Source: a virus. Taken from it: a stretch of 64,000 nucleotides of DNA. The stretch lies in the IMG/VR virus record IMGVR_UViG_3300032285_001316, positions 1-64,000 of that record, one strand, 5' to 3'. Below, one piece after another: positions 18,787 to 28,527 of this stretch. Both the position numbers and the translations under genes were made by a program. Within the stretch, counting starts at the first letter, position 1, and the number at the start of each line of letters is the position of its first letter. The notes below the pieces were generated by a model, which saw nothing but the letters and a program-made list of their open reading frames with translations, had not been told where the DNA came from and did not search any database.

Positions 18787-19091
18787 AGGAAGTAAGCATG
18801 GACATCACGTGGCGTACCGTACAGGTATTTCTTGAGGACTACGGCGTCATTGAGGTCGAGGTAGATCAGGAAAACAATCAGAAGGCTCGTTGCACCTGCC
18901 CAGGGTTTATGCGTGCGGGTCGCTGCAAGCACACCAAGCACGTCAAGGATGTTATGGCCGAGAACGATGGCCACTACTCCATTCACATCCCTGTTGATGT
19001 AGACGAAGCAGAGGCTATCCGCGCTCTTCGTGATCCAGAACTGTTCCGTGACTTCGTAATCAAGTACGGTAAGGTCGAGGTAATTGATTAA
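18783..19091 (+). CDS. SWIM zinc-finger protein
   Basis: CTCPGFMRAGRCKH (CxCxnCxH). Confidence 0.75.
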   Translation: MKEVSMDITWRTVQVFLEDYGVIEVEVDQENNQKARCTCPGFMRAGRCKHTKHVKDVMAENDGHYSIHIPVDVDEAEAIRALRDPELFRDFVIKYGKVEVID

Positions 19092-19497
19092 CGGAGACAT
19101 CTCAAACGCGACTCCACCTCGCATCGTTGTGATGGTGGACGTTGTTGCTGAGGTAACCTTTGCGGAAGAACGCAAGGGTCTTCGTAAAACCAAAGTACCA
19201 AAGGCAAAGTGGCGCAAGGAAAACCTGAGCCACCTATGGAACCTTGCCTATAAGTTTGGTTTGTCCGTAGAGCTAGCTGCCACAGAAGAAGATGGCTGGA
19301 CTGACGAGATGCTTTCGGGCATGATGGACAAACTTGACAACCGTGGTGGTAACCCGTTTAATTACTACTACGTGTACGAAAGCATCCAGGAAGTAGTGGA
19401 AGAGCTTCCGTACAAGGCAAACTTTAAGGGCATAGTAGATGTCCCAGGACGAGTCGCACGATTCGGTTCATGGGGTATCGAGATTCAAAATCTTTAG
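19084..19497 (+). CDS. Hypothetical protein (degenerate HAD-like fold possible)
   Basis: ORF track; coupled within the replication operon. Confidence 0.55.
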   Translation: MINGDISNATPPRIVVMVDVVAEVTFAEERKGLRKTKVPKAKWRKENLSHLWNLAYKFGLSVELAATEEDGWTDEMLSGMMDKLDNRGGNPFNYYYVYESIQEVVEELPYKANFKGIVDVPGRVARFGSWGIEIQNL

Positions 19498-19517
19498 AAA
19501 CAAATGGAGGGCACACC

Positions 19518-20765
19518 ATGGCGGCAGACAACGAGTACCGCCTCGTAAGTAAGATCATTCTTGATCGCAACATCATTCCTGTACTGGAACGTGGCATCAA
19601 GGATGACTGGATTGTCGATGACGATCTGCGCCGTGTGTACAAGTTTATTCGTGAGCACTACGCAAACTACCGCGAGGTACCTACAGCCGTAGCGGTCAAT
19701 GATAACTTCCCTAACTTTAAGACTCTTAAGGTTGAGGACACCATCGACTACCTCATTGACAAGATGGTTGAGTTCCGTCGCCGCACCATCACGCGACGCG
19801 GTGTCGAGTCGGTAGTTGAGCAGCTCAATGGTAACGACCACGAGTCAGCGCTCCTAGAGATGAGCAAAGCCCTCACGCTTGTCAACGAGCAGGGCATCGT
19901 AGGTACCACTCACATCGACGTTTCGGCAGACCCAGACAAGTTCTGGACTGAGTACGAGAACGTTCACAACTCTAAGTTCTTAGGTATTCCTACAGGGTTT
20001 AAGAAGATTGATGAAGCCACTGCTGGCCTTCAGGGGGGACAGCTGATTACAATCATTGCTCCCCCAAAGACAGGTAAGTCTCAGATCGCTCTTCGTGTTG
20101 CCGCGAACGTGCATAATGACGGGTTTGTTCCTCTGTTCCAGTCCTTTGAGATGAACAACCATGAGCAGGCTCTGCGCTATAACGCAATGCAGGCACACAT
20201 TTCTACTGCAAACTTGCGTCAAGGAAAGCTTTCTACAGACGAAGAAGACCGTTTCCTCAAGCACCTCGACGCTCTCAAGGAAAGCAAGTCCTTCCACTTT
20301 GTAGACGCGGTTAACGGTCTCACCGTGGACTCGTTGGTGGCTAAAGCAGAGCAGCTTAACCCAGACATTCTTATTGTTGACGGTGTGTACCTGATGATGG
20401 ACCAAGTAACTGGTGAGGCTAACACTCCTCAGGCATTGACCAACATCACACGTGGACTCAAGCGCGTTGCTCAGAAACTAAACATTCCTGTAATCATCAC
20501 TACGCAGACACTGCTATGGAAGATGAAGGGAGGAAAGGTCTCCGCAGACTCTATCGGTTACTCGTCCTCGTTCTTCCAGGACTCTGATGTTATCTTAGGT
20601 CTTGATCCCATTGAAGGCGCAGACGACCTGCGCATGCTTCGCATCGTTCAGTCCCGTAACTCTGCCCCAGAGGAAACCTCCATTACTTGGAAGTGGGACA
20701 CTGGTTGCTTCCACGACGAAGACGCTAGCTGCAAGCACTGCACCACGTTTGGGTACAAGTTCTAA
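19518..20765 (+). CDS. dnaB: Replicative DNA helicase (DnaB-like)
   Basis: GIPTGF..ID..T.G, Walker A APPKTGKS, SFEM, IVDGVYLM, QDSDVILGL. Confidence 0.92.
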   Translation: MAADNEYRLVSKIILDRNIIPVLERGIKDDWIVDDDLRRVYKFIREHYANYREVPTAVAVNDNFPNFKTLKVEDTIDYLIDKMVEFRRRTITRRGVESVVEQLNGNDHESALLEMSKALTLVNEQGIVGTTHIDVSADPDKFWTEYENVHNSKFLGIPTGFKKIDEATAGLQGGQLITIIAPPKTGKSQIALRVAANVHNDGFVPLFQSFEMNNHEQALRYNAMQAHISTANLRQGKLSTDEEDRFLKHLDALKESKSFHFVDAVNGLTVDSLVAKAEQLNPDILIVDGVYLMMDQVTGEANTPQALTNITRGLKRVAQKLNIPVIITTQTLLWKMKGGKVSADSIGYSSSFFQDSDVILGLDPIEGADDLRMLRIVQSRNSAPEETSITWKWDTGCFHDEDASCKHCTTFGYKF

Positions 20766-21763
20766 TGCTTCTTGATATTCCAGCAGCTCTCGATGCCTTG
20801 GGTATGGAGTACATGGAGCACGGGCATGAGGCTAATGCATTATGCCCAGCCCACCTAGCTCGCACAGGAAAAGAAGATAACTCTCCCTCATGGTGGATAA
20901 ACCTTGAGACAGGGCAGCACATCTGCTTCTCTTGTGGTTACAAAGGAAACCTCACTCAACTTGTCTGTGATGTTAACGAGTTCTACATCAAGACATGGGA
21001 CAACAAGTACTCCTATGACTATGACACTGCCCAGGCATGGTTGGCAGATATCTCTTCAGTTCCCATCGAGGAGCTGCTGCAGATGGTTAAGTCCCTACCT
21101 AACCGTATTGAGGCATACCCCAAACCTTTAGAAATGTCTGAGGCTCGTCTTGTTGTTTTTGACGCGCCACCTGCAAAACCCCTTGCAGATCGAAACCTAA
21201 CTCCAGACTCAGCGTCTAAGTACGGCGTGCTGTGGGATAATAAGAAAGCGACATGGATCCTTCCCCTTCGTGAACCAGAGAACCACCGCCTAATGGGGTG
21301 GCAGGAAAAAGGCACGGAACAGCGCACTTTCTTTAACCGCCCAGCTGGCCTACAAAAGGCCAAAACCCTGTTTGGAGTTGATGTCCAGGATGTGGATCTG
21401 GCTATCGTGGTTGAGTCTCCCCTTGATTGCCTTCGTATTGCTTCTGCTGGATATCGCGGAGCGGTGGCTATCTGCGGAGCGACGCCATCAGAAGAACAAA
21501 TCAAAATCATCCGAGGATCCGAACGAGTCATCGTCGCACTAGACAACCCAAATATTGATTCAGCTGGTAAAAAGGGTTGCGAAGAGTTCCGTAAGTTTGC
21601 AAACAAATACGGCATAAACCTGTTCTTTTTCAACTATGGTAAGAGTGGTAAAAAAGACCCAGGTGGTATGACTGATGAAGAAATAGCCTGGGGAATCCAG
21701 AACGCTAAATCGTCAGTACTCGGAGAACTCGCATATGTTTCAGGGGACACTCAAGCCAATTAA
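20765..21763 (+). CDS. DNA primase (zinc finger + TOPRIM)
   Basis: CPAH..PSW..CFSCG zinc finger; VVESPLD, ALDN..D.AG, KDPG TOPRIM motifs. Confidence 0.9.
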   Translation: MLLDIPAALDALGMEYMEHGHEANALCPAHLARTGKEDNSPSWWINLETGQHICFSCGYKGNLTQLVCDVNEFYIKTWDNKYSYDYDTAQAWLADISSVPIEELLQMVKSLPNRIEAYPKPLEMSEARLVVFDAPPAKPLADRNLTPDSASKYGVLWDNKKATWILPLREPENHRLMGWQEKGTEQRTFFNRPAGLQKAKTLFGVDVQDVDLAIVVESPLDCLRIASAGYRGAVAICGATPSEEQIKIIRGSERVIVALDNPNIDSAGKKGCEEFRKFANKYGINLFFFNYGKSGKKDPGGMTDEEIAWGIQNAKSSVLGELAYVSGDTQAN

Positions 21764-21809
21764 GGGTACACTGTTTCCATCAGTTAAAAGGAAACAAAAA
21801 TGCCAGTAA
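21735..21809 (+). pseudogene. Remnant of original SNF2 helicase 5' end (MFQGTLKP...)
   Basis: SD GGAG + ATG; translates as MFQGTLKP, resembling the MSFTGKLKP start of the helicase downstream of the HNH gene. Confidence 0.55.
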
Positions 21810-22294
21810 AAGCCATAGATCTATCAAACCAAACATTCGGACGGTTAACAGTTATTGACCGAGCAAATAACCGAGGGCAGTATGTTTGCTGGAATTGTTT
21901 ATGCGAGTGTGGGGCAAAGGTAGTCGTCTCTTCTGCTGATCTTCGCAGAGGAGACACCCGTTCATGCGGTTGTTTAGCCAAAGAAACTTGGCAGCGTATA
22001 TCCTTAGCTAAAAAGCACGGACATAGCGGGGATTCTCGAACACCCGAATACCGCTCTTGGGAGTCGGCTAAACAACGTTGTTTTAATCCCAATACTACTG
22101 GGTATAAAAACTATGGTGGTCGAGGCATAACGATGTGCGCTACTTGGGCCAATGACTTTTCTTCTTTTCTAGAGAGTATGGGCCCCCGCCCAGAAGGGAC
22201 TAGCTTAGACCGAATTAACGTTGACGGTAATTATGAGCCAGGAAATTGTCGCTGGGCAGATCGATCAATGCAACGAAATAATCGGAGACGTTAG
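21800..22294 (+). mobile_element. Free-standing HNH homing endonuclease
   Basis: DL....FGRLTV, W.C.CECG, SCGC, YGGRGI.MC..W..F..F...MG.RP, SLDRINVDGNYEPGNCRWA. Confidence 0.9.
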
Positions 22295-23862
22295 TGTCTT
22301 TTACTGGAAAATTAAAGCCTTATCAGGTTGAGGCCGTTGAGAAGATGGTCAGTCAAAAGACCATCCTTGTAGCGTACGAGATGGGTCTCGGTAAGACCCC
22401 CATGACCATCGCCGCTATCGAAGAGCTTAGAGCTAAGGGCGAGATCACTACATCTGTTCTTGTCCTCTGCCTTGCCAGCCTTAAGTATCAGTGGCAAAAA
22501 GAGATAGCCAAGTTCAGCGATGCTGATTCAATCGTCATTGACGGTACTCCCAAGGCTAGGGCCGCGCAGTACGCCGAAGCCGCTAACTATGAGTACATCA
22601 TCATGAACTACGAGCAGGTAGTCAATGACTGGGAAACCCTGAAGCAGTTTGCATTTTCTGCAATCATCTGTGATGAAGCTACCGCGATCAAAGGGTTCAG
22701 GGCTAAAAGAGCAAAGAAGGTAAAGGAACTTTCCAAAAAGATTCCAGTCAGGTTTGCTCTTACGGGTACCCCAATTGAGAACGGTAAACCCGAAGAGATC
22801 TTTTCGATCATGCAGTTCGTCGACCCCAAGGTGCTGGGTAGGTTTGACATCTTTGATGACACGTTTATCGTTCGTAATCATTTCGGTGGCGTACAGAGGT
22901 ATAGGAACCTGCCTCTCCTAAACAAGACCGTAATGAATAGCACCGTCCGCAAATCTCAAAAAGATGAAGACGTAAAGCCGTACCTACCCGAAGCAAATTA
23001 TCGAGAGCCAATTATCGTAAAGCTAGATCGTGGCGGTCAGGTTCTATACAACAGGGTTGCCACAGATCTCCTTGAGCTACTTACTCAGGCTAAGGATATG
23101 TTTGGTTCTTCCTTTAACATTGCTGCACACTACGGGCAGACTTATCAGCCAGGTGATCCCGCAATGGAGATGCGCGGTGAGATCATGTCCAGGGTTGGTG
23201 CACTCAGGATGCTGTGCTCAAGCCCCAACGTTCTCCTTTCCAGCGCAGAAAAGTTCGACCTGCAGAACGGGGGAAGCGCGTACATCCACTCGCTAGGTAA
23301 CTTGCTTAATGGACTCTCAAAGACCCCCAAGCTTGACGCTGCGATTGACTACTTGGTAGAGCACCTCAGTATTGATGAGTCTTACAAGGCCGTTGTCTTT
23401 GCCTCCTACCTTGATTCTGTAGGAGAGCTAGTCGACAGGCTTAATGCTAAGAGCTTTGGAGCTGTGGCATACACGGGCGAGATGAACGCTGTCCGCAAAG
23501 AGGACGCTAAAGTTAAGTTCCAAACTAGGTCACACATCCGTGTACTAGTAAGCAGCGACGCTGGTGGGTACGGTGTCGACCTTCCACAAGCTAACCTTCT
23601 ACTCAACTATGACCAACCCTGGTCATCAGGGCTGCTTGTTCAGCGCAATGGTCGCATCAATAGAACATCCAGCGAGTGGACAACAATTACTATCCAGGAC
23701 ATTCTAATTAAAGACTCAATTGAGCAGCGTCAGTACGACATGCTTCAACAAAAGAGCGACATTGCGGGGGCGATCCTTGACGGAGAAAACATCAACGCCA
23801 AAGGAGGGGTTGACCTCACGGTTGGCAGTATGTTAGAGTTCATTACCAACAAGCTTATTTAG
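22294..23862 (+). CDS. SNF2-family helicase
   Basis: LKPYQ, EMGLGKT, DEAT, LTGTPIEN, GGYGVDL, QRNGRINR. Confidence 0.92.
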   Translation: MSFTGKLKPYQVEAVEKMVSQKTILVAYEMGLGKTPMTIAAIEELRAKGEITTSVLVLCLASLKYQWQKEIAKFSDADSIVIDGTPKARAAQYAEAANYEYIIMNYEQVVNDWETLKQFAFSAIICDEATAIKGFRAKRAKKVKELSKKIPVRFALTGTPIENGKPEEIFSIMQFVDPKVLGRFDIFDDTFIVRNHFGGVQRYRNLPLLNKTVMNSTVRKSQKDEDVKPYLPEANYREPIIVKLDRGGQVLYNRVATDLLELLTQAKDMFGSSFNIAAHYGQTYQPGDPAMEMRGEIMSRVGALRMLCSSPNVLLSSAEKFDLQNGGSAYIHSLGNLLNGLSKTPKLDAAIDYLVEHLSIDESYKAVVFASYLDSVGELVDRLNAKSFGAVAYTGEMNAVRKEDAKVKFQTRSHIRVLVSSDAGGYGVDLPQANLLLNYDQPWSSGLLVQRNGRINRTSSEWTTITIQDILIKDSIEQRQYDMLQQKSDIAGAILDGENINAKGGVDLTVGSMLEFITNKLI

Positions 23863-23871
23863 GAGGGCAAC

Positions 23872-24315
23872 ATGGCTAAGGTCATAGAAGAAGAGGTATC
23901 GCGGTTCCAAGACCCCGATAGCCTTGAGTCGCAGGTCAGCGAGTACGCAAAGCTAAAGGCGTCTATTGAGATCATGGAGTCTCGTAGCAAGGAGATTCGC
24001 ACAAAGCTGTTCAGTCAGCTAGACCTCGAAGGTCTGGAAGATGACAAGGGCAATATCATCCTGGAGCTTCCTGCCGTTATCGACGGTATTGCTCGTATCG
24101 AGAAGCAACGACGTGCAACCCGCAAACTTGACGAAGATGTTGCAGAAGCCATTATTGAGCAGACTGGTCTGCAGGACATGGTTTACGAAATGAAGCGCGT
24201 CATTAACGAGGACGCCCTCATGGCTGCTTACTATGAAGGCATCCTGTCTGAGGAACAGCTCGACGAAATGTTTCCTACAACTGTTGTGTGGGCACTTCGC
24301 ACTGTAAAGAAGTAG
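23872..24315 (+). CDS. Hypothetical protein (Gam/Gp157-like coiled coil possible)
   Basis: SD GGAGG; helical N-terminus. Confidence 0.55.
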   Translation: MAKVIEEEVSRFQDPDSLESQVSEYAKLKASIEIMESRSKEIRTKLFSQLDLEGLEDDKGNIILELPAVIDGIARIEKQRRATRKLDEDVAEAIIEQTGLQDMVYEMKRVINEDALMAAYYEGILSEEQLDEMFPTTVVWALRTVKK

Positions 24316-24318
24316 CCC

Positions 24319-24789
24319 ATGGTAGGTATTCGCGGTGTAGACGAGGTCCTCAAATCTTTTGAGGGTCTCGAACACATCCCTGGGTCTAAGCAAAAGCGCC
24401 GTGAAGACAGCCCCGCTGCAGAGAAGCGTCGCAGAAAAGCCGCAGGTGAAACTAACGGCTGGGATGCTAACCCAATTATTAAAACTCTTAAAGGCGAAGA
24501 GGTCGAAGTTTTTACCATCGGCGCTCTAGCTAACGCTCTCGAAAAGAAGATCGTTACTGTTCGTCTTTGGGAAAAGAAGGGCTACATTCCTGTTGCCCCA
24601 TATCGACTCCGTTCCAAAAGCCTCAATGGCCAGAAGGTAAACGGTAACCGCGTGTACACCCGTGACCTCATTGAGATCACAATCGCTGAGTTCGAGAAGC
24701 GAGGAATCATGGGTGCTGCACGGGTAGAATGGAAAGATCACGCTGATTTGCCAGGGGTACTTGCGCAACTTTGGCGTGAAGCACTATAG
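24319..24789 (+). CDS. MerR-like HTH DNA-binding protein
   Basis: FTIGALANALEKKIVTVRLWEKKGYIP..R.YT. Confidence 0.75.
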   Translation: MVGIRGVDEVLKSFEGLEHIPGSKQKRREDSPAAEKRRRKAAGETNGWDANPIIKTLKGEEVEVFTIGALANALEKKIVTVRLWEKKGYIPVAPYRLRSKSLNGQKVNGNRVYTRDLIEITIAEFEKRGIMGAARVEWKDHADLPGVLAQLWREAL

Positions 24790-24813
24790 TAATAAAAGTG
24801 GTTCAGATGAACC

Positions 24814-24851
24814 CAAGACCGAAAAAGTAGACGCAAGTCTCAAGACCGAAA
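24814..24851 (+). promoter_or_regulatory. Direct repeat-hairpin-repeat leader upstream of SSB gene
   Basis: CAAGACCGAAA at 24814 and 24841 flanking an AGAC-GCAA-GTCT GNRA hairpin. Confidence 0.45.
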
Positions 24852-24860
24852 GATACCAAA

Positions 24861-25511
24861 ATGATTAACACTCCATCCGTTGACGCTGAGTCCTACTTGG
24901 CTGAAGACACCGTAGATAACATCCCTGCACACGGCACCACCGTGCAGGCTGGCTGGGGAGCCGCTAAGGACGCCCTCAAGCCCAAGAAGGACAGCCAGTA
25001 TCCTACTGACTTCCGCTTCTCTGAGCAGGCACAGCTTGTTCGCTTCCTCCAGGACGAGCCTTTCGCTGTATACGAACAGCACTGGGTAGACCGCACCGAA
25101 GGTAAGCGTTCGTTTGTATGCCTCGGAGACGAGTGCCCCCTGTGCACCATCGCTGGTGACAAGCCTCGCCCCAAGTTCGCTTTCAACATCATTGTTCTCT
25201 CTGATGGTGAACCAAACGTCCAGATTCTGACTGCGCCACCTTCGTTCGCACGTCAGCTTCAGGCAGCTAACGACGACGCACGTCGCGGACCGCTGACGAA
25301 GTACTACTGGGCAATCGCTCGCACTGGTTCGGGTAACACGACGCAGTACACGCTTGACCGTGTTCGCGCCACCGACCTTGCTGAGGAGTGGGAGCTGGAT
25401 GCAGACTCGATTGACGAGTTCGCCGCATCCGCCGTGTCGTATGACACATCTGCAGTCTACGTGAGCCCTCGCGAAGAACTGCTGACGTTGGCACGTACGC
25501 TCGTATCGTAA
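24861..25511 (+). CDS. Single-stranded DNA-binding protein (T4 gp32-like)
   Basis: VRFL..QHW..FVCLGDECPLC zinc site, I.RTG.G..T.Y; acidic C-terminus; upstream of PolA. Confidence 0.8.
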   Translation: MINTPSVDAESYLAEDTVDNIPAHGTTVQAGWGAAKDALKPKKDSQYPTDFRFSEQAQLVRFLQDEPFAVYEQHWVDRTEGKRSFVCLGDECPLCTIAGDKPRPKFAFNIIVLSDGEPNVQILTAPPSFARQLQAANDDARRGPLTKYYWAIARTGSGNTTQYTLDRVRATDLAEEWELDADSIDEFAASAVSYDTSAVYVSPREELLTLARTLVS

Positions 25512-25524
25512 CCACTCACTAACT

Positions 25525-25572
25525 AGGGGAGCCATGGTCTTTTCCCCCCATTTTTGGCCATGGCTCCCCTTC
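25525..25572 (+). terminator. Long stem-loop with C6 loop between ssb and polA
   Basis: aggggagccatggtc / ggccatggctcccct 15-bp stem; loop ttttccccccattttt. Confidence 0.6.
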
Positions 25573-25591
25573 ATTATCTTCAGAGGGCAAA

Positions 25592-27595
25592 ATGAACATA
25601 ATCACAACACAGGAACAACTCGACGAGTTTGTCAACGCCTATTCAAAGGTTGACGCATTTGCGTGGGACGTAGAGACGATCGGTGAAAACCGCCTCTACC
25701 CAGTCATCAATGACGTATGCTGGATTTCTTTTGCGACAGAAGGTCGCACTGATGTTATTCCTATGGGCCACCCCAACGGTGAGCTAGAAGGATGGGACAA
25801 GCCGCTTCTCCTCCCTGGACAGCGTCGTCTTGCGGAGGGGAAGCCCATCCTCGAATCCCACTACTCAAAGGACCAACGGAAGTGGGTTCCTAAGTTTGGT
25901 GAGCCTCCTGTACAGCTGACTCCTCGTCAGGTGTTTGACGCAATCAAGCCCCTGATGTTTGGTCCTGCTCTTAAGATCGCTCACAATGCTAAGTTTGACT
26001 TGAAGTCTGTTGCCAAGTACTACCGTGGCGTTGTCCCAGCTAAGCCACACTTTGATACTCTCATGGCCGCATTCCTTGTAAACAATCTGAACAAGTTTGA
26101 ACTTGGTTTGGCCGCATGTGTCAAGCGCGAACTTGGCATTGAGGTAGAGAAGGGCGTAGGAGAAAACGTGGCTCTCCACGCATTCTCAGAGGTCGCCAAG
26201 TACTCTGGTATTGACGCAGAAGTAACCTGGAAGCTCTACAAGGCACTCGCTCCAAAGATTGAGGGAAACCTTCAGCGCGTATGGCGTCTGGAGATGGACG
26301 TACTATCCGCTCTCTGTGACATGGAACTCACTGGTGCTTACATCGACCAGGACGCCCTCAAGGTGCTTGCGGAAGAGATTGAAAAGGGCAAGATTGCCGC
26401 TGAAGCCAAGTGCTACAAAGCCGCAGGTAAAGCTTTTGCCATCAACTCTGTACCAGCCAAACAGAAGCTCCTATTCGGGTCTGAGAACGGCGAGAAGCCC
26501 CTTCTGCCGCGTCCAAACCCCAAGTTCAATACAGCGCTTACCCCCAAGGGTAAAGAGGCTTACAAGGCAAATGAGCCCCTCACTGACGCACACTACTCCG
26601 TGTCCGCAGATGCCTTGGAGTACTACCGTGGTAAGCACGAGTTGGTCGATGCAATTCTGGAATACCAGGACCTCAACAAACTCATGACTACCTATGTAAC
26701 GCCCTACACTGGCGGAGATGTAAAGCGCGTTACCAACGGTAAAGAGAAGGTAACCAAGCGCGAAAGCATCCTGATCAATGGACGTGTGCACACTAACTTC
26801 AAAGCACATGGTGCGGAGACAGGGCGTTTCTCTTCCTCTAACCCCAACCTGCAGAACATCCCATCCTCAGGTGAATACGGAAAACTTATTCGTAACCTGT
26901 TTGTGGCTCCTCCTGGGTACAAGCTAGTCGTCGCTGACTACTCTCAGATTGAGCCTCGCATCATTGCTGCATTCTCCGAGGATCCCGTGATGATGGAGAA
27001 CTACCTGACTGGTGGAGACATCTACACCACCATCGGTGACACCATGGGCGTAGACCGTAAGGCAGGTAAGGTTCTGGTTCTTGCCATCTCATACGGCGTA
27101 GGCCCCGATAAGATCGCCGCATCAATTGGGTGTACCGTACAGGAAGCAAAGGACCTACTTAACCGCTTCGAGGAGAAGTTCTCTTCAATTAATAAGTACA
27201 AAGCCAAGGTCATCCGCATGGCAAAGCAGGCTGGCAAGGTTCCTTTCGTGGAGACCATGTTCGGTCGTCGTCGCTACATCCCTGAACTAAACGCCAAGGA
27301 GTTTGGTCCTTTAGGACGTGCAGAGCGCCAAGCGTTCAACACGATCATTCAGGGATCTGCCGCAGACCTGATGAAGCTTGCACTTATACGCGCCCACTCT
27401 TGCTTTCTAGACGAACCTGATGTTAATGTTATCTTGACAGTTCACGACGAACTCGTGACCATTGCCCCTGAAGACAAGGCTGACGAGGTAGCAGAAGCTA
27501 TCCGCCAATCAATGGAAGGAATCAAATTGCCTCAAATTACAGTTCCATTGATCGCGGAAGTCTACGTAGTAGACAAGTGGGGCCAAGCAAAATGA
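25592..27595 (+). CDS. polA: DNA polymerase I family A (3'-5' exonuclease + polymerase)
   Basis: Exo DVET, HNAKFD, YSGIDA; TGRFSSSNPNLQNIP, ADYSQIE, K....AISYG, IQGSAAD, VHDEL. Confidence 0.96.
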   Translation: MNIITTQEQLDEFVNAYSKVDAFAWDVETIGENRLYPVINDVCWISFATEGRTDVIPMGHPNGELEGWDKPLLLPGQRRLAEGKPILESHYSKDQRKWVPKFGEPPVQLTPRQVFDAIKPLMFGPALKIAHNAKFDLKSVAKYYRGVVPAKPHFDTLMAAFLVNNLNKFELGLAACVKRELGIEVEKGVGENVALHAFSEVAKYSGIDAEVTWKLYKALAPKIEGNLQRVWRLEMDVLSALCDMELTGAYIDQDALKVLAEEIEKGKIAAEAKCYKAAGKAFAINSVPAKQKLLFGSENGEKPLLPRPNPKFNTALTPKGKEAYKANEPLTDAHYSVSADALEYYRGKHELVDAILEYQDLNKLMTTYVTPYTGGDVKRVTNGKEKVTKRESILINGRVHTNFKAHGAETGRFSSSNPNLQNIPSSGEYGKLIRNLFVAPPGYKLVVADYSQIEPRIIAAFSEDPVMMENYLTGGDIYTTIGDTMGVDRKAGKVLVLAISYGVGPDKIAASIGCTVQEAKDLLNRFEEKFSSINKYKAKVIRMAKQAGKVPFVETMFGRRRYIPELNAKEFGPLGRAERQAFNTIIQGSAADLMKLALIRAHSCFLDEPDVNVILTVHDELVTIAPEDKADEVAEAIRQSMEGIKLPQITVPLIAEVYVVDKWGQAK

Positions 27596-28005
27596 GCTGG
27601 TTGAAAAAAAAGAAGAACGAACTTTCGCTAGCTGACGTGACAAATCGTATTCGTGGACTAATTTTGGATTCGCAAATACAGAACGCACACGAGTTGAGTG
27701 TTATCCTAGGATGCACCGCAATTAGCGATGATGTGCAGGAGCGCGAAGAAGAGGAATCCGACAAGCGCGTTGCCAAAATCTCCTATTTGGTCCCCTTGCT
27801 TTATGCCCACGTTCACCTCCTTTCTGAAGGTGCCGTAGAGTTTCAGAAGAGCAACTTACCAGAGGATATGGAAATAGAACTTCCTGAAGAACTCTGGTAC
27901 GAATCCCGCAAAATGATGGAACAAGTGTCGTTGTCCGCAATAATGGGGTCCATATCTCAACTCATTGATATGGGCCTACTAGAAATCCCAAGAAAGTACA
28001 AGTAA
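27592..28005 (+). CDS. Hypothetical protein
   Basis: ATGA-coupled to polA. Confidence 0.6.
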   Translation: MSWLKKKKNELSLADVTNRIRGLILDSQIQNAHELSVILGCTAISDDVQEREEEESDKRVAKISYLVPLLYAHVHLLSEGAVEFQKSNLPEDMEIELPEELWYESRKMMEQVSLSAIMGSISQLIDMGLLEIPRKYK

Positions 28006-28108
28006 ACTATGAATGAAAACAAAGACAACGTAGGCGGATACACCATCCCCATCGATCCCATGGACGCTTTCCAGTGCGAGAGCTGCCAGTAAAACTATAG
28101 GAGCATAA

Positions 28109-28498
28109 ATGAGCAACGCCGACTGGTGGGCAAACAGGCTCGCTGGAACCACCTCTAACCAGGGACAGCAGTTCCGCCCAGATCCTACTCCCCCCATGCC
28201 GCCGTCGCAGCTCCCTATGACGCCTATGCCCACGCCTCAGCAGATGCAGCAGCCTTCTGCTGGGCGTGCGCAAAGCGCATACCAAACACAGACTTGTCCT
28301 GAATGTGGTTCTTCTAACTACATGGCTGCCGACAACAGCAAGCCTCGATGCTTCGAGTGCGGATACCCCGTCAATCAATCGGGAAGCCGCTACGGAAATC
28401 TCTCTACTGCCCGAGTAGAAGGCACTGCACAAGCCTCCTTGGGTAATGACCCAGTAAGTAACTGGAACCCTCAAGGGATTATCGGCAACATCGGCTAA
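28109..28498 (+). CDS. Zinc-ribbon protein with Pro/Gln-rich N-terminus
   Basis: CPECGS..CFECG; SD GGAG. Confidence 0.65.
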   Translation: MSNADWWANRLAGTTSNQGQQFRPDPTPPMPPSQLPMTPMPTPQQMQQPSAGRAQSAYQTQTCPECGSSNYMAADNSKPRCFECGYPVNQSGSRYGNLSTARVEGTAQASLGNDPVSNWNPQGIIGNIG

Positions 28499-28527
28499 AA
28501 CTAAACACTCGGAGAATAACTAGGAAT

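Noticed and set aside
21763-22294. Group I intron in the helicase
   Set aside because: The HNH ORF fills the interval, there is no room for P3-P9 core elements, and the helicase has its own intact start.
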